Of a DNA stretch of 64,000 nucleotides, positions 1 through 12,419 are shown in pieces. The notes beneath the pieces are model-generated. The model did not search any database, was not told the DNA's origin, and worked only from the letters and a program-made list of their open reading frames with translations. Source of the stretch: Raillietiella orientalis (taxonomy: Eukaryota); the NCBI GenBank assembly GCA_036172245.1, contig JAYWIR010000022.1:248001-312000 (forward strand), given 5' to 3'. The stretch's first letter is position 1, and each line of letters starts with the position of its first letter. Both the position numbers and the translations under genes were made by a program.

Positions 1-76
1 CCGCGGGAAGCGCCTCTTCCTCTTCCGCCTTCCCCCGCGAGTCCCCTCCTGCTGCTGACCCCGTCTCTCCGACTAG

Positions 77-119
77 TCGATGCCCGCGGAGGCGCTGCAG
101 GGAGCATGAACGAGCGCAG
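77..119 (+). CDS. Internal coding exon of the + strand adhesion-gene cytoplasmic tail (DARGGAAGSMNER)
   Basis: Pyrimidine-rich tract + ctAG acceptor (75-76), AG|GTAAGG donor (120). Its phase-2 end joins the 297-451 exon in frame. Gene start lies upstream of the window. Confidence 0.6.
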
Positions 120-296
120 GTAAGGCCGGGCCACAGCACTCCCATCCACCACCGGTGGGCGGAGACCCCGCACCGAGCGAGACTCCCTCGCCCTCCCCCG
201 CACGCGCACGCGCACCTCCTCGGGCGGCACATCCTCCCGGGAACTTCCGGCCTGCCACCCGGTGTCTTCCACATCTCCCCTGGAGAGGTTTTCCAG

Positions 297-451
297 CTCT
301 GAGGAGGCGGACTGGCCGGCCCAGGAAAAGACTCCGCCCGCCCGACCCCCGCCCCCCAGACCGCGGGCGCTCGACCAGAGGGAGTTGCGCGCGTCCCCGC
401 GACGCGACCGCCACCGGCGCCGCCGCCGAACCGGCAGCAGCGGAAGGGACG
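297..451 (+). CDS. Internal coding exon (SEEADWPAQEKTPPARPPPPRP...RTGSSGRD)
   Basis: ttttccAG acceptor, G|GTGAGT donor; phases consistent with both neighbours; proline-rich cytoplasmic-type sequence. Confidence 0.7.
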
Positions 452-716
452 GTGAGTACCCCTGGGCCCCCCGGAAAGAAGGCTACCATCCCCGCCCGTC
501 CGCCCGAGCGGGGGCGTCCTGGGGGAGCCAGACGCGCGCAGATCGCATGGGAGTCGCGGCGCGTGCGCGCGGCTCTCGCGCCTCGGGGGAAAGGGGGGTC
601 GCGAGGGACGTCCGGAACGCAGTATCCGCTCTCCTGCTACTCCGCGGAGGGCACGAGCGCCCTTCGCCTCCCCGGAGGCGCCGCCGCTGTCGCCTCTGCT
701 AACGCGTCCCTTCCAG

Positions 717-808
717 ATCCTTCGCGGACGAACCGACTGGATGGCCAGGAGGACCGACTCTTCTATGAGAACCTACCCTTCCATGGGCTGCAGGCCCCAC
801 CCAACAAG
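717..808 (+). CDS. Coding exon with DRLFYENLPFHGLQAPPNK motif; probable echinoid/friend-of-echinoid (fred)-like IgSF cytoplasmic tail
   Basis: cccttccAG acceptor, AAG|GT donor, in frame. YENLPFHG...PPNK recalled as a conserved arthropod fred-like tail motif (from memory, not searched). Confidence 0.75.
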
Positions 809-947
809 GTCCGTGAGTTCCCGCGCGCGCGCACACGGCCCTCTCACCCCTTTTTCCGCCCTTCTTCCTCGCACCTCTGCCCTTCTGCCCCTCCCCGCCC
901 AGAGGACCTCCTCCCGTGGGTGCTTAGCTGTCTTTGCACGGGAGCAG

Positions 948-1262
948 GTGGGCGCGGACGGCCCGCGGCCCCCGAGCCGGCTCAGCCAGAACGGGTCCAG
1001 CGGGTACGGCTCCACGCACAGCCAGCTGGACGCGCCACCGGAGCGCAGGGACACCGCCCTGGCGAGGGGCGTCCTGGAGACACGCGCCGCCCGGCTGCGG
1101 CTGGCGACCTTCCGGCAGCCCAGCTTTCGCAGCGCGGCGCTGGCGCCAGGGGACACCCACGCAGGCGGCGCCGCATCCACGCAGCAGCTGCGCCAGAGGA
1201 GCGCGCCCGCTCGCGCCGGCTCCGCGGGCATCGGCGCGCAGTGGTGGTCGTCGCAGGAAGAG
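948..1262 (+). CDS. Coding exon (VGADGPRPPSRLSQNGSSGYGSTHS...WWSSQEE), phase 0-0, possibly alternative
   Basis: gcAG acceptor, GAG|GTCAGT donor, 315 nt open in frame with the preceding exon. Confidence 0.65.
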
Positions 1263-1531
1263 GTCAGTAGCGAACAGCGCGCCGTGGTCCCGCGCCGTCG
1301 CCGTTGCCCCGCCGGTCCGACAGTGGGTGGTTGGGCGCAGCAGAACCGCGGGAAAGGGGAGGGAGGGCAAGGGGAGGGCAGCAGCGTCATCGTTGTCCTG
1401 CCTCGCCCCTTTTTGGACAATCGAGGCGGAGGGAACGGTTCGCCGGTTGGCGCGGAGCTGAACGGCGCGGGACCAGAGAGCCGACTAACCGCATGCATCC
1501 CTCCCCACCCGCCTGCTTTGTGTTTGCCTAG

Positions 1532-1774
1532 GCGCCAGCAACCCCGAGGACGGGCACGGCTGTCGCCGCAGCCGCCGCTTGCAGCCGCGAGGAGCCCCCG
1601 GGACGCTTCCCGGGCCTCGCAGTCCCTCACGCCTGCTGCCGGATGCTTCCGCCTCCCCTCCCTCCGGCGCCCTCCCGCGTGGTCACTTCTGCCCCGGGGC
1701 AGCCGCTCTTGCTCTTGCCCTACACCCACGACTCCCTGCAGCTCGTCAGGGTGAGCGCCGAGGTGGACGTGTAG
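1532..1774 (+). CDS. Alternative exon ending ...LQLVRVSAEVDV-stop, or spliced at internal donor 1750
   Basis: tgtttgcctAG acceptor; 81 codons ending TAG at 1772-1774, directly followed by GTAAGG; internal phase-0 donor AGG|GTGAGC at 1750/1751. Confidence 0.5.
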   Translation, partial: APATPRTGTAVAAAAACSREEPPGRFPGLAVPHACCRMLPPPLPPAPSRVVTSAPGQPLLLLPYTHDSLQLVRVSAEVDV

Positions 1775-1945
1775 GTAAGGAGGGGAAAACCCCGATCCAC
1801 CCCACCCCCACGCCCCGCAGTGAGCGCTCGGCTTGGCCGAGCCGCAAGCTGCGGCGGCGCTGTCGTCTCCTTCTCCTCCTCCTCCTCTCCCCCTGCCTTT
1901 CCTGCGCCGGGGAGCGCGTGTCCGCTCACCCCGGCCCCCTTACAG

Positions 1946-2125
1946 CCCCTGAAGACCCTATTCTCCGACCTGGAGTACGCGGACGTGGACTACCGGGCTT
2001 ACGAGCCCGTCAACTACAAGCGCCTGTCCAGGGAGCTGGCCGAGGAGCGCCGGCAGAGGGCGGCCCCGAGGGGCAGCCTGCCACCCCGCCCGCCACGCAG
2101 GAAGGCGTCGGGCAAGCAGGAGTGA
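1946..2125 (+). CDS. Terminal coding exon (PLKTLFSDLEYADVDYRAYEPVNYK...GKQE-stop)
   Basis: ctcacc branch-like site, cccccttacAG acceptor, phase 0, strongly GC3-biased codons, Tyr motifs YADVDY and PVNYK, TGA at 2123-2125. Confidence 0.75.
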   Translation, partial: PLKTLFSDLEYADVDYRAYEPVNYKRLSRELAEERRQRAAPRGSLPPRPPRRKASGKQE

Positions 2126-5100
2126 CCGGGACGCCGCCACCAGGTGCCTTTCTCCCGGCGACCACCGCGAACGGAGTCCCGGGAATACAGAAAGCGTTAG
2201 TTTTGCAGCCTGCGTGGGGCCCTCGGGCGCCATGCGGAGGCCGGTCTGGGGAGGGGTAGGAGGAAGGGAAGGCCTGATGGGTGGGACAAGCGCGTGCCGC
2301 TCCCGGACCCGCACCGAAGGGGTCTCCCTTCCGGAAAAGAGCGTTTGGTACCCTGGGAGACGGGAAGAAGCCGGAGGAACCTGGACGACGGATTCCCGTC
2401 GAAGGGTCTGCGAAATCTTCCCTCTCTTCCCTCCTCACGGGCAGCGACGGCTGCTCAGGGGCGCGGCAGCGATGGCAGCTAGGAGCGCTAGTCTTACATC
2501 CCCGTCACAGGCCTCGGGTCCGCCCAGGTCGGACCTAGGAGAGTTGAGGGGAGGCACCGGCGGAAGCGCCGCTCGCAACCCATCCGTCGCGGCCCCTCCC
2601 AGTTGCGGAGTGCTGGAGGCAGGGACTTCCCCCCGCCTCCCCTTTCAGGCGGGGTGAGCGGCCAGGGGAACCATCTCGGCTTTCACCTCCCTTCCCCTCC
2701 GTGGGAAGGATCCCGGGAGCTGACGGTGGGGTCCCCTTGCTCCTCGGACCAGGATCGGCTTCCAGCGGCAGCCCTTTCCATCCTCCCCCACGTCTCGAGG
2801 ATGGGGCGGGGCGGAGCCGGCTACGCCATCCCCCCTGACAACCGGTGGGAGGGGACCCGCATATCTTCGCCGCGGGCGCGGAAGCAGGGATCGGGCAGCT
2901 GCAGCTCCGGGGAGGGCGACGCCTCGTCATTCGGCAGGGACCTGTCCCCGAAGATCCTTCCTGGGACGGGGACTTCCCCTTGGGACGGCCCTCGACTTCC
3001 TCTCCGCGCATACGGGAGGTCAGATGCGGATCCGGGACTCCAGGGGATGGGGCGGGCGAAACGACGACCCGCGACAGGGGGAGGGGCATCCTTCCAGGAC
3101 TTGGTCGCCGCGGCGAAGGAGAGCACTCGGGAAGACCCAGAGGGCGCAGCCCTGCCATCGACGGAGATCCCGAGGGCCACGACGTCTGAACCGGGAGGAC
3201 GGTCGCCACGACGACCGCCCGCGTTCGTCAGCGTCCGGCGCGCCGGGAAGGTTCAGTCGCTCACTCTGGGGTGCGGAGACCCCTCCGAGGAGCACCCCCC
3301 GGAGCGAACCCCTTTCCTTCTTTGCTCCCGCATGGCGGTATTTGCGCCTCCGCTCCGGGCAAGAGGACAGGGGGTTTCCATCCGGCGGAGGGAAATGAGG
3401 GGGAGGAACCGGAAGTCTTGCCCTGCGGTGGCGAAGAGCAGCCTCGTGCCTTCTCCCGGGCGGGAGGGCCCCTGCCGTCCTCCTCGCGCGCCAGGAATCT
3501 CCTGCGCGCCCGTCGTCTCCCCCGTCGTTCCCACTCGCGCTGCTGCGTGGAGCCTCCCGTCCATCTTTCTGGACCAGTTGCAGCTGACCTTCTCGTTGAA
3601 TTACTGCCCGCCATTGTTTTGTTTTGCATTCGGGGGGACTGCGGCCATCGCGGGCGGCCCCTCTTCCTTTGTTTCAATCTGCAAAAAAAAAAAGTTTCTG
3701 TGCATCCGAAGTTTACGAGAGCCATCACGGGGGAATGGCGTTTCCCCGATCGACGTATAAAAGTGGCGATCCTCTTTTTTTTTTTCTTCTTTTTTTTCTT
3801 CCCTGTTTGTTTTCTCCGAATGGGGGGGGGGAGACAGAAAGTAAGGAGGAAGGGAAGAGCCATGGGGGAGGGGGAGAAAAAAATAGGGTGAGAAAGACGA
3901 AGAGGGACAGTTAGGGCGGTCGGGAAGCGGACCACAGCGACCGTATCCGTATCCCCCCCCCCTTCAGCGCTGCCATCTCGCGGGCAAACTGCGAACCTCT
4001 CGAGTTCGCGTCCCGAAGTCGGCCAGCATCGCAAAGCCGCCGCTGGCCGACCGGCTCTTCTTATCAAAGAAAAGCACAGAAATTCAAAACATCAATAATT
4101 TACGGCACGCGCATCCTTGCATGCCGATGCATTATCGCCTGGAAATTTCCGCGGTTTCCACTTTTAACGATATCAACTCTTTTATCTTCACTTGTAACGC
4201 GGGAGCCGCGCGCATCACTGGGGATTTCATTATGCTCCACTGATACCGGGGAACCTACGGGATTTGACATTCAGATTTGTTTCCCAGAATTTTGCGACAC
4301 AATGTCCGGGAAGTGCGTATGAGTTGCAGCCCAATGAGCCATCGGGCAATGCATAAATCCCGCGCCGTTTTTTCCGATGCCTGCAATTAACTTTTCCAAG
4401 CGGCCCGCCGTAATTGCCGGCTGCGATCGGGTCCGCATCAAAAGCTGGAATGCATTCCCGTGCCTTCCAGAAAGTGATGTTTCATTTCGCACTCCACGGC
4501 GCTTGCGCTGCACCTCCTGCAAGCTTCTTCCCCTCTCTCGCTTTTTTTTTTTTCTTCTTCTTCCCTTCTTTTTCCCCCAGGGGAAGGGGGGAGAGGGCAG
4601 GGAAGGCTGCACCGAAACGATGATGCCACGGGATTTGATTCGATCGGTTTCTGCATGCGCTTCCGTAATGATGATGACGTGGGCATCGGATTACTCCATC
4701 GCATCCATTTCTTTCACGCACCCCTGTCATCTTCCAGCGCTTCTGCAGCACGCGGAGAATGCGGCGACCCTCGGTGATTGCGGTGCGCGTTTCTCCTCCA
4801 CCGCCGGCGGCGGCTGAGAAATCCGTCTTTCGATGCCGTTTGAATTCACCTCCCCATCCCATCCAAAGAGCTCTCGGCTGCGCTGCATATCTGAGCCGCC
4901 GAAGAGATTAGCCCGGTTGCTCAGGAGACGGGAAGCGGGTCGTTCGCTTTCGGACTGCCCGTCCGGCGTTCCCCTCCGCACGGACGGCGCCGTCGGGATC
5001 GCACGGACGGGTTTCGCTTCCGTACCGGGATGTGCTGCAGCTGCTCTTCGGGAGGATGGCGACTTGGCTGGCGGCAACTGGGCAACTTCGCAGGGCACCC

Positions 5101-6329
5101 CGCGAGTAGCAAGTAAAACGACAAGAGCGCGCGCGCACCGGGGAGTCGCCCGTGAAGAGCAGCCGCCCCTGGTGAGATCATCGGAGACTGCGACTCGGAT
5201 CGTCCGAGCAGTGAGCACGCGATGCTCCAGAAAGGCAGAGGAACGATGGTCGCATTTTCGAGCCGAGGAAAAGAGCAGCCTTCCCGCGCGGGAGAGAGAC
5301 CTCCCGGTTCACTTCCCCGGGTTTCCCCCCGGCGCAGCCGGCCAGCGTGCAGAAGCGCTTCCTCCGTACCGGGCGGGCCGCAGCGAACCGCGCGAAGTGG
5401 AACCGGGAAGTAAGCCAGCCAGTCCCAGCCAGCCATCCTCCCGGAAGGAAAGAGGACACGCGCCCCCGGGATCTCCTGCTCTCCTAGTGGAGAGACTCCC
5501 GAAAAAAATCTCCCGAGCCGTCGAAGGGACACCTTGGAGTTGATTTGCACGGGATCAGCTGACGCGAAGGAAGGAGGATGCCAGTCGGAGGGCAAGAGGA
5601 AGAGCGCGGGAGGGTCGTTCGTCTCCATCGTGCGATCTGTTTTGCCGAGGGCCGCGGCTGCGGACTAAGGAAACCCATCCGGACGTGGTCCCGCACCCCA
5701 GAGTCCGGAGCAAGCGCTCTCCCGAGAAAGCGCGGGCCACAAGTCCGCCGACCTGGTACCGGCGGAAGCGACGAGCGGCTCCCGGAGAAGACGACGGACT
5801 GCCTCCCGGGACGGCTGCCACCGCTCCCCACGGGCGTTCGAGCCGGTTTCGCCTGCCTTCCCCCCCGCGTGCACCACGGTCCGGGCGGAGCGCGCGCAGA
5901 GCAGCGGTGCACCCTGACCTCTCGCGTCAGACTGTGGAGCCCCCGGCGACGACTGAGCGCAGCCGGGCGTGCTAAGCTCGACCGCGCCTTCAGGAGGAGG
6001 GTATGCGCCGACATCTTCGGGAAGGAGCTCGTGAGCCCTTCTTGCAGTCTGCTTGCAAAATCGCGGGGATAAAAACGCATGGGTAGGCGTCGCCTTTCGG
6101 GACCACGTAGAGCGTCATCTTACGGGGGAAACTCGAACTTACGGCACATACCCGTTTCTCCGAAGTCGATCCTTCACGGGTGCGTAGAGCGGGGATGGGG
6201 TCCAGCGTGTTTGGGTGGCAAGAAGTGGGTCAGTTGGTGCACCTGCGATTCGATCTTCTGCAAGTTGGTCCGCACCGAGTCGTGGGACGCCATTCCTCTC
6301 CCCAGATTGGTTAAGGGATCCCACCACAG

Positions 6330-6855
6330 AAGGCTAGCGACGGCTGTTCCGGAAACGGGGGATACTGCTTGCCCTCGGGATCCAGCACCGGAAGGGTTGA
6401 AACGGAAGATTCCGTGGGGACAGGGAAGAGAGGTGCATCCAAAGCACCAATCAGCCGGTTCACGGAAGAGTGCGGCGGGCTAATACGGCCCTCGACCCCA
6501 CGCTCTGATAAGAGTTGCGTCAATTCCCACCAGCCAGGGAGAGACAGCTGAACCTTCTTCATCCCGTTGACCGGAAAACAACGCAGGTCTCGGCGAGATT
6601 GAGAAAGAAAATCAACCAACCCTATGGTACGCGAGGGACGGCCCCATTTTCATGCCCCCGAGGCTCCTCGATTCCTGGAAGGAACCTGGAGGGCCCACTT
6701 CCACTCCCAGTCAACGGAGGCATCCAGCTTTCACCAGTGCCGTACTCGAAACCAACCGTGGCCACCCAGCATCATCCTCCACGCGGGGGGAGGGTTCGAA
6801 CCCGGACGCTTGGTGCCACGCGCACAGGCCGGAGCCACATGGCCGCCAACGCAGC
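6330..6855 (-). mobile_element. Family-C element (tRNA-like head), single-B-box variant
   Basis: Minus strand begins GCGTTGGCGGCCATGTGGCT...GGCACCAAGCGTCCGGGTTCGAACCC; body is homologous to 53780-54200. Left boundary approximate. Confidence 0.65.
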
Positions 6856-7966
6856 GCTTGGCAGCATCAGAAAGAAAAGACATGCATTGAAGTGGTGCTT
6901 TGGAGCAGCTTTCACATGTTTTTCAATGCGGAGAGCGATGACGGATGAGCGAGGCAACGCAGTGACCCCAACGCGGCCGGAGTTCACCGAGCCGCGCACC
7001 TCCGCAACAACAAATGCCGAACCTCCAGAAAACGATCGGAGCACCCTCTGGTACCGAGGGCAGCGTGCACGCAGAAAAAAGCCGTCGAAAACTCCTCCTC
7101 CCTGGAACAGAACGGTGAGACCGGAGCAAATCTGGGAGAAAAAAGACCAAAAAAAAAAAATAGTCCCTTGTCGAAAACGTGCGCGCACGTGACAACGCAC
7201 CGCGGACACGCCGAAGCGGAAAAGGCGGCCGAAGAAAAGCGAGCTCAAAAAACAGCCTCTCGCCGACTCACCAAACGCAACAGGTGGGACGAGCGCGCGC
7301 GACAAGAAGGCAGCCACGGCGTGTGGCAACTGGAGTGGACGAGGAGCAAGCGAAGAGGACGGCCAAGACCAGGCGGGACGCGAAACCGACATCGCCCGGA
7401 AACGTGTACGGCGAGGCATAAACATTTTTCCTCCACAAAATAAACGGGGAACGCAAGAACGACTCTGCATGAGTGAGCACTTCAAATCGGGAACCGGAAG
7501 AAAAGCGGGGGGGGGGGGGGAGGACAAAAGAACGCCCACGTTCGAAAGGAGAAACACGGAAATCTCTTGCTGCGCGAGAGAAGAAGAAAAACTTCCGCCG
7601 ACATTGAGGTTTTGCGCATCCTGCTCGACCACCAGCCGCCGCAGCTCACTCGATTCTCACCCGGGTGCGCCGGGGCGTTTATTTCAGAAACATAGCGAGA
7701 ACTGTGGTTGGACCCGTGGTCCAACCACGCACAATTTAATGGAGGCCTGTCGGGTCACCGGTTCGCGGTCTACTACGGCAGCTCTCTAGAAGATGGGGGG
7801 GGGGGGGGAGAGCGGCTAGGCGACGTCACCCTTGCTGGGTCGGTCGAACGGCCGCATGTGCTCCGACTGCCATGGTTGCCACGGTCAAGTGGAAATGCTG
7901 GCGAAATTTGGGAGAGAAAAAAACAAAAACAAAAGGAAAACACCATTGCACAGCATGGGACGCTTT

Positions 7967-7994
7967 CTACACTTTGATCTTAGCCAAAAGGCCG
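7967..7994 (-). pseudogene. U2: U2 snRNA 5' fragment (nt 10-37), tailless retrocopy
   Basis: Minus strand CGGCCTTTTGGCTAAGATCAAAGTGTAG, 28/28 match to invertebrate-type U2; 13-bp direct repeat GGGACGCTTTCTA at 7957-7969 and 7994-8006. Confidence 0.9.
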
Positions 7995-10184
7995 GGACGC
8001 TTTCTAAAACGTTTGGTTGCAAATTTCGAACTAGGAAATATTCGCAGCCTGGATTTCCGTGAAATATTCAGCGTGAGTATCGCAGTACTTCTTCGTATAT
8101 GTTGATTAGTAAGTTGGAGCAGTGGGTAAACATAGAGCGCAATTTATGGGTCGCGCTGCTCTACTGCTAACTTGCTTCTTTACTGTCTTGAATGATGGTT
8201 AAACTATGGAGACACTTCGAAAATTCATAACACCTTCATTTCCACTGGGTGTTCATTAGTAATTGCCATTGCACTTTTATTAAGCTTGGAGATGGTGATA
8301 AAATGCTCTCAGCGGAATGCCCCCGCGAGAGCAAATGAAAACAAGTTGCGAAAATTCTGTTTTCTAACTTTCATAGAAGACTCATCCGTTTTCTGTTCCC
8401 TTCTTTAAAACCTCTTTGAATTCTCAGTGAGACGGATACGCTTTTCGGATCCGCTTATCTGACGAAACAGAGGAACTTCGTCATGGCATCCGGATCCAAA
8501 ATCCGCATCCTTCCCATCCGCCCACCTCTTTCCATAGAAACCCAACTAATCCACAATTGTTCGAACTTTATCGGTTAATTTTGTTGCTGCAGAAACCGCG
8601 GACCATTCCTCATGCAATCCTGTGCTTGTTTCCTCCTTGGAAAGAACTTTGAGGCACTTCGATCCGCAAACGGCTTTGCACACCGCTGGCACGTTTCAGC
8701 TGCTGTCCAGCGGTGATTCCGTGTGTCTACCGATGGGTCGGGATTTCTGGATGACCTTCCGCGCTTCCGTCGTGTCGGATTGACTCGCGGGCTGAATGGG
8801 CAGGATGATGCAACCTTCCTGGCGAGGTCATCTTGGAGTCGGCAAGAGCATCACGAGAATTCGCCGACTCGGAATCTGAGACGAACCGGCAGCCATCATT
8901 CGCTCTGGCCTTAGGGAGAGCGGCGCTGCAGCGAAGTCCTCCTCATACTGCAAGGACGGGTCGGGAGTCGAGGCAAGGAAGAGAAACACGAGCCCTTCAG
9001 CGTGGAGTGGAACGCGGCTCGACCATCCCACGCTGAAAGGCATCTTGGCATCTCGGGATCAAAGCGACCAGAGTCATCTGGAAGCGCGAAAGAGCCTTCA
9101 GACGATCTGGAGAAACCTGCCTCTGGGGCACGGGCAGCTTTCGCTGCGGATGGTTTCGGGTCACTCGATGGACCCCTAAAGAGCGACAGCCGGTCCTCCA
9201 TCTTTCTGCTGCGAAAGGCACGCAAGGAGGAAGCGAAGCCCTGGAAACGTGACTGATCTTCGCGGGCATCAGATCAAGGAGGCGCCAGGGAACGGGACAG
9301 TTCGCTGCAAATTCCACCTGGGAGTTCCGGCTGCGGGACATGGCCCTTCAGGTGCGGAGCTGAGACCTCCGTCTATAGCAATCAAAGTAGCCGCTGACTT
9401 GGGCTGCTGGCTCTCCCTCCCACTCTCGAGAACTCAGGTGCCGATTCGAGGGAACTGCCGCCCGGTCATTGGGATCGCTGGAAACCCCAAGAACAGTTGG
9501 CGCCGGACGTTCCGAGAACTTGCCCGAGGGAAGCTCTGCAAAGCAGTCACTCAGCATTCAGAAGAGGAGGAGCTCCTGCTGAGCGCACTGGATGGGCCAC
9601 TCTGCCAGCGGGCGGGTGCAGAACGGCGCCTCCGAGTCGCGAGCGGGCCGGGAAAAAACGACCGCGGGTGAAGCATGTCGGTGGGGTTTGGCAAGGGAGG
9701 GTGCAGCACAGCAAGAATGGAGGAGGGTGGGGACTCCCTGAGCTACCTGGGGGGGGGGGGGGCTTGCGCGAGATCAGCTGTGCTCACTGGGCGTGGGTGG
9801 CACGAGCATCCTTGTAGTCCCCATCTCGTTCGGATCACCCGCTTCACCTCTCTGTCTCTAAGTTGCACCCGGTCGCTCCGTTTGAAAAAAAAATGAACCC
9901 AAGTCGGAGGAGGAGGAGTCCTCTGAGTGCAAGTGATGCCAAAAGAAAAAAGGAACGAAAGTTCATTGAGAATGACCAACGGCACGCAGGCTGACTTCTA
10001 AGAAAAGTAGGAAACGGAGAGAGGGGACAATAAATAAATAAAAAAAAAAGACAGGAGGGTAGGGACCGGGCTCATTGGTTTCATTCGTTCCTTTCTTCCT
10101 AGAAGCGGATGTGCACGGTGTCGATTTCACTGATGGCCTCTTATAGCAGGTGAGGCCACCTTGCAGCAGTCCTCCTCAAGGCGG

Positions 10185-11385
10185 TCAACATGCTGGTGTC
10201 TTCCGCTGCTGAGAATGAGACTCAACCACGGGGCGGGCTACGACGACGATGGCGAGAAGACGCAGCAGATCGTTGCGATTGCGGCGACTGCAGTCAGCCT
10301 TGCGTAAAAGAGCGCCGTTGCAGCGAGTCCTTGGCGGTGTCCTCCGGCTGGAGGATCGCCGAAGGGAGTCTCTGCCATGCGCCCTCCAGGGCACTGTGGT
10401 CTACAAGAGAGGTCCCTTCTCGCACCTTCAACGGTTCGGGGAGACAGCTCCCCCAGAAATCAGGTGCCTGCGCTGGTTGCACTGGCATCTTCCCAGTGCA
10501 GAAACAGAAAAGCGTTTCCACCGGAACGGGAACACTGGGGTGTCCACACAGGGATGGGACCGCGAGTACTTCAGGGGGCACACCGAGCAGGTCATTTGAC
10601 CGAAGGAGTTCCTTCTCCCGGAAACGACGAATGGCGCCATCCACCAACGCGCTCGTCTTGCAGCCCTCGAGGATTTCCTCGACTCCTCCCATTTTGCAGG
10701 ACAACTCCCACCCCGGCGAGGGAAGACAGTGCTGTGGCAAGTAGTGTGACGGCTGTCCGAGACCACTGCGTCCAGTCCTACAGAAGATCTACCGGCAGTT
10801 CGCTTAGGAGTTTCGGCAGCGGACGAGGTTCTTCCGGGAGAACTTCCAGAGTGGCCGGAGTGCCTCCTGCCGCAGGTGCTCCAGTTTTAGGGCAGCAGGA
10901 GATCTTCGGGAGAGCTATCAGGAGTGTGGACAGATGCCTCGGGGGGTATCCAGATGCAATCCCCCTCTGTGGTTGCGGGGCAGCAACAGCCGAAAGGAGT
11001 CCTGAGGACTGCGTGCGGTCGCCATGAAACGCTGCCTGAGCGAGCAGGCGCGAACCCACCGGAATTTCCTGACCCCAACCTGGGAGACGGCGGCCGTCCT
11101 CTCCCTACGCTATCGACGCCCATCTCCACCCGGCTCCTGGGGCGAGGAGCTTCGGGATGGCCCCATCCGTGAAGGCAGGAGGAGGAGCTCGTCTGCAACC
11201 GCCACCACCTTTAAAAAGTTCTTTCTGCTTCCTCTCCTCCCCATCCCCTTCTGTGCCAACCGGGGGCTTCGTCTGCGCCCCATAAGGATTGTTGAGCTGG
11301 GGAGGGGCGTCACTCCGGCTCCAGGACGCCTATTTATTTATTTATTTTTCTATACCGAAACATCCCGTCGCAACCGGATAACCCG
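10185..11385 (+). mobile_element. Degenerate L1/Tx1-like LINE 3' portion (divergent subfamily)
   Basis: Homologous to 14600-15800(-); pyrimidine-rich 3'UTR, then family-type terminus AAACATCCCGTCGCAACCGGATAA at ~11358-11381. 5' boundary approximate. Confidence 0.55.
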
Positions 11386-12419
11386 CAGGCGTGGGCGGTG
11401 CTGCTGCGGTGGTCCTCCCGGAGTTGCGCCCTGAAGTGCGCCTCTTCCCACTCGATCTGCGTGGGAAAAGTTCCTGTGACTCCGCATCCGTCTTCGATCC
11501 CTAGGGCGGCCCTCCGCATTGCCAGGGCTCTCGGAGAGGGTGCTGCCGACGAGGTCCTTCTGGGTGCCCGCCCTCTCCGCGCGAGGAGGCGTCCCCGGAC
11601 CTTCCCCCCGAACTCGTCCGAGATCCTCGCTCGCTCCGGCACTCCCTGGCACTCATTCCTCGCGTCCTGGGAACGCGAGAGCGTGCGGAAGGGAAAGAGC
11701 GGCTGACTGCCGGATGGCCCGCAAGGAACGAACGCGAACCCCGGGTCTCTGCAGAGGATATCCCTCTCACCAACCTCTTTCGTCTCGGCGCATGGGAAGA
11801 CGCCCTTTGTGGTCACATCCCGCTTTCGGTATCCGCTCCGATGCCGGTGAGAGAGGGCGCGCTCGCCTCCGTCCGTCTCCGCAGGGAAGCGCATCCGGAT
11901 GGCCCTTCCAAGGTCACAACTCCCGAAGAGGGAAGTCACTGCAGGCGTTCGAGGGAGCCAACGGCCACCGGCCTACACCAACCAGGGCCCTTCCGAGGAG
12001 TGACCCGCGCCGGGTCAGTTTCCTTCCTCGGTTCATCCCAAGTTGAGCAGCTGTCCCTTCGCGGGTCGCCCTGCCACCTGAAGGCCACCCGGCAGCGGAA
12101 TGTTCATCCTGTTCCGGTAGAAGCCGGCCCTTCCTGAAGCACCATCTGGGCGGCGCTCCGGCTGCCCTTTCGCGGAACCGAACCTCCCGGCGAAGAAGAC
12201 CCCGTCGGCCCAAAAGGCAGGACTGCCTTTCGTGGCGGACGGGAGGACAAAACAACGAGGAAGCTTCGATCCATCAATGGACAGATTTTTTTGGATTTTT
12301 TGCCCCCTCCCCAGTTATGGGAGGTACACAGCAAGGAAGGAGTCCTGCGAAAAAATTCCGCTTTTCTTTTTCTTCATTTTGCCGTATCCGTTTATTATCT
12401 TGGTCTCATGGGGAAACGC

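Noticed and set aside
2200..7700. Many long overlapping ORFs (e.g. 2603-3760, 6772-7632)
   Set aside because: Arg/Pro/Gly/Ser-rich, present in several frames at once, no domains; expected in GC-rich non-coding DNA.
8395..8530. ATCCG/CGGAT-rich stretch resembling a MITE end (similar at ~28100-28160)
   Set aside because: No matching terminal inverted repeat pair or TSD could be identified.
9300..9830. Possible APE endonuclease N-terminal remnant
   Set aside because: Catalytic motifs not recognisable; too degenerate to call.
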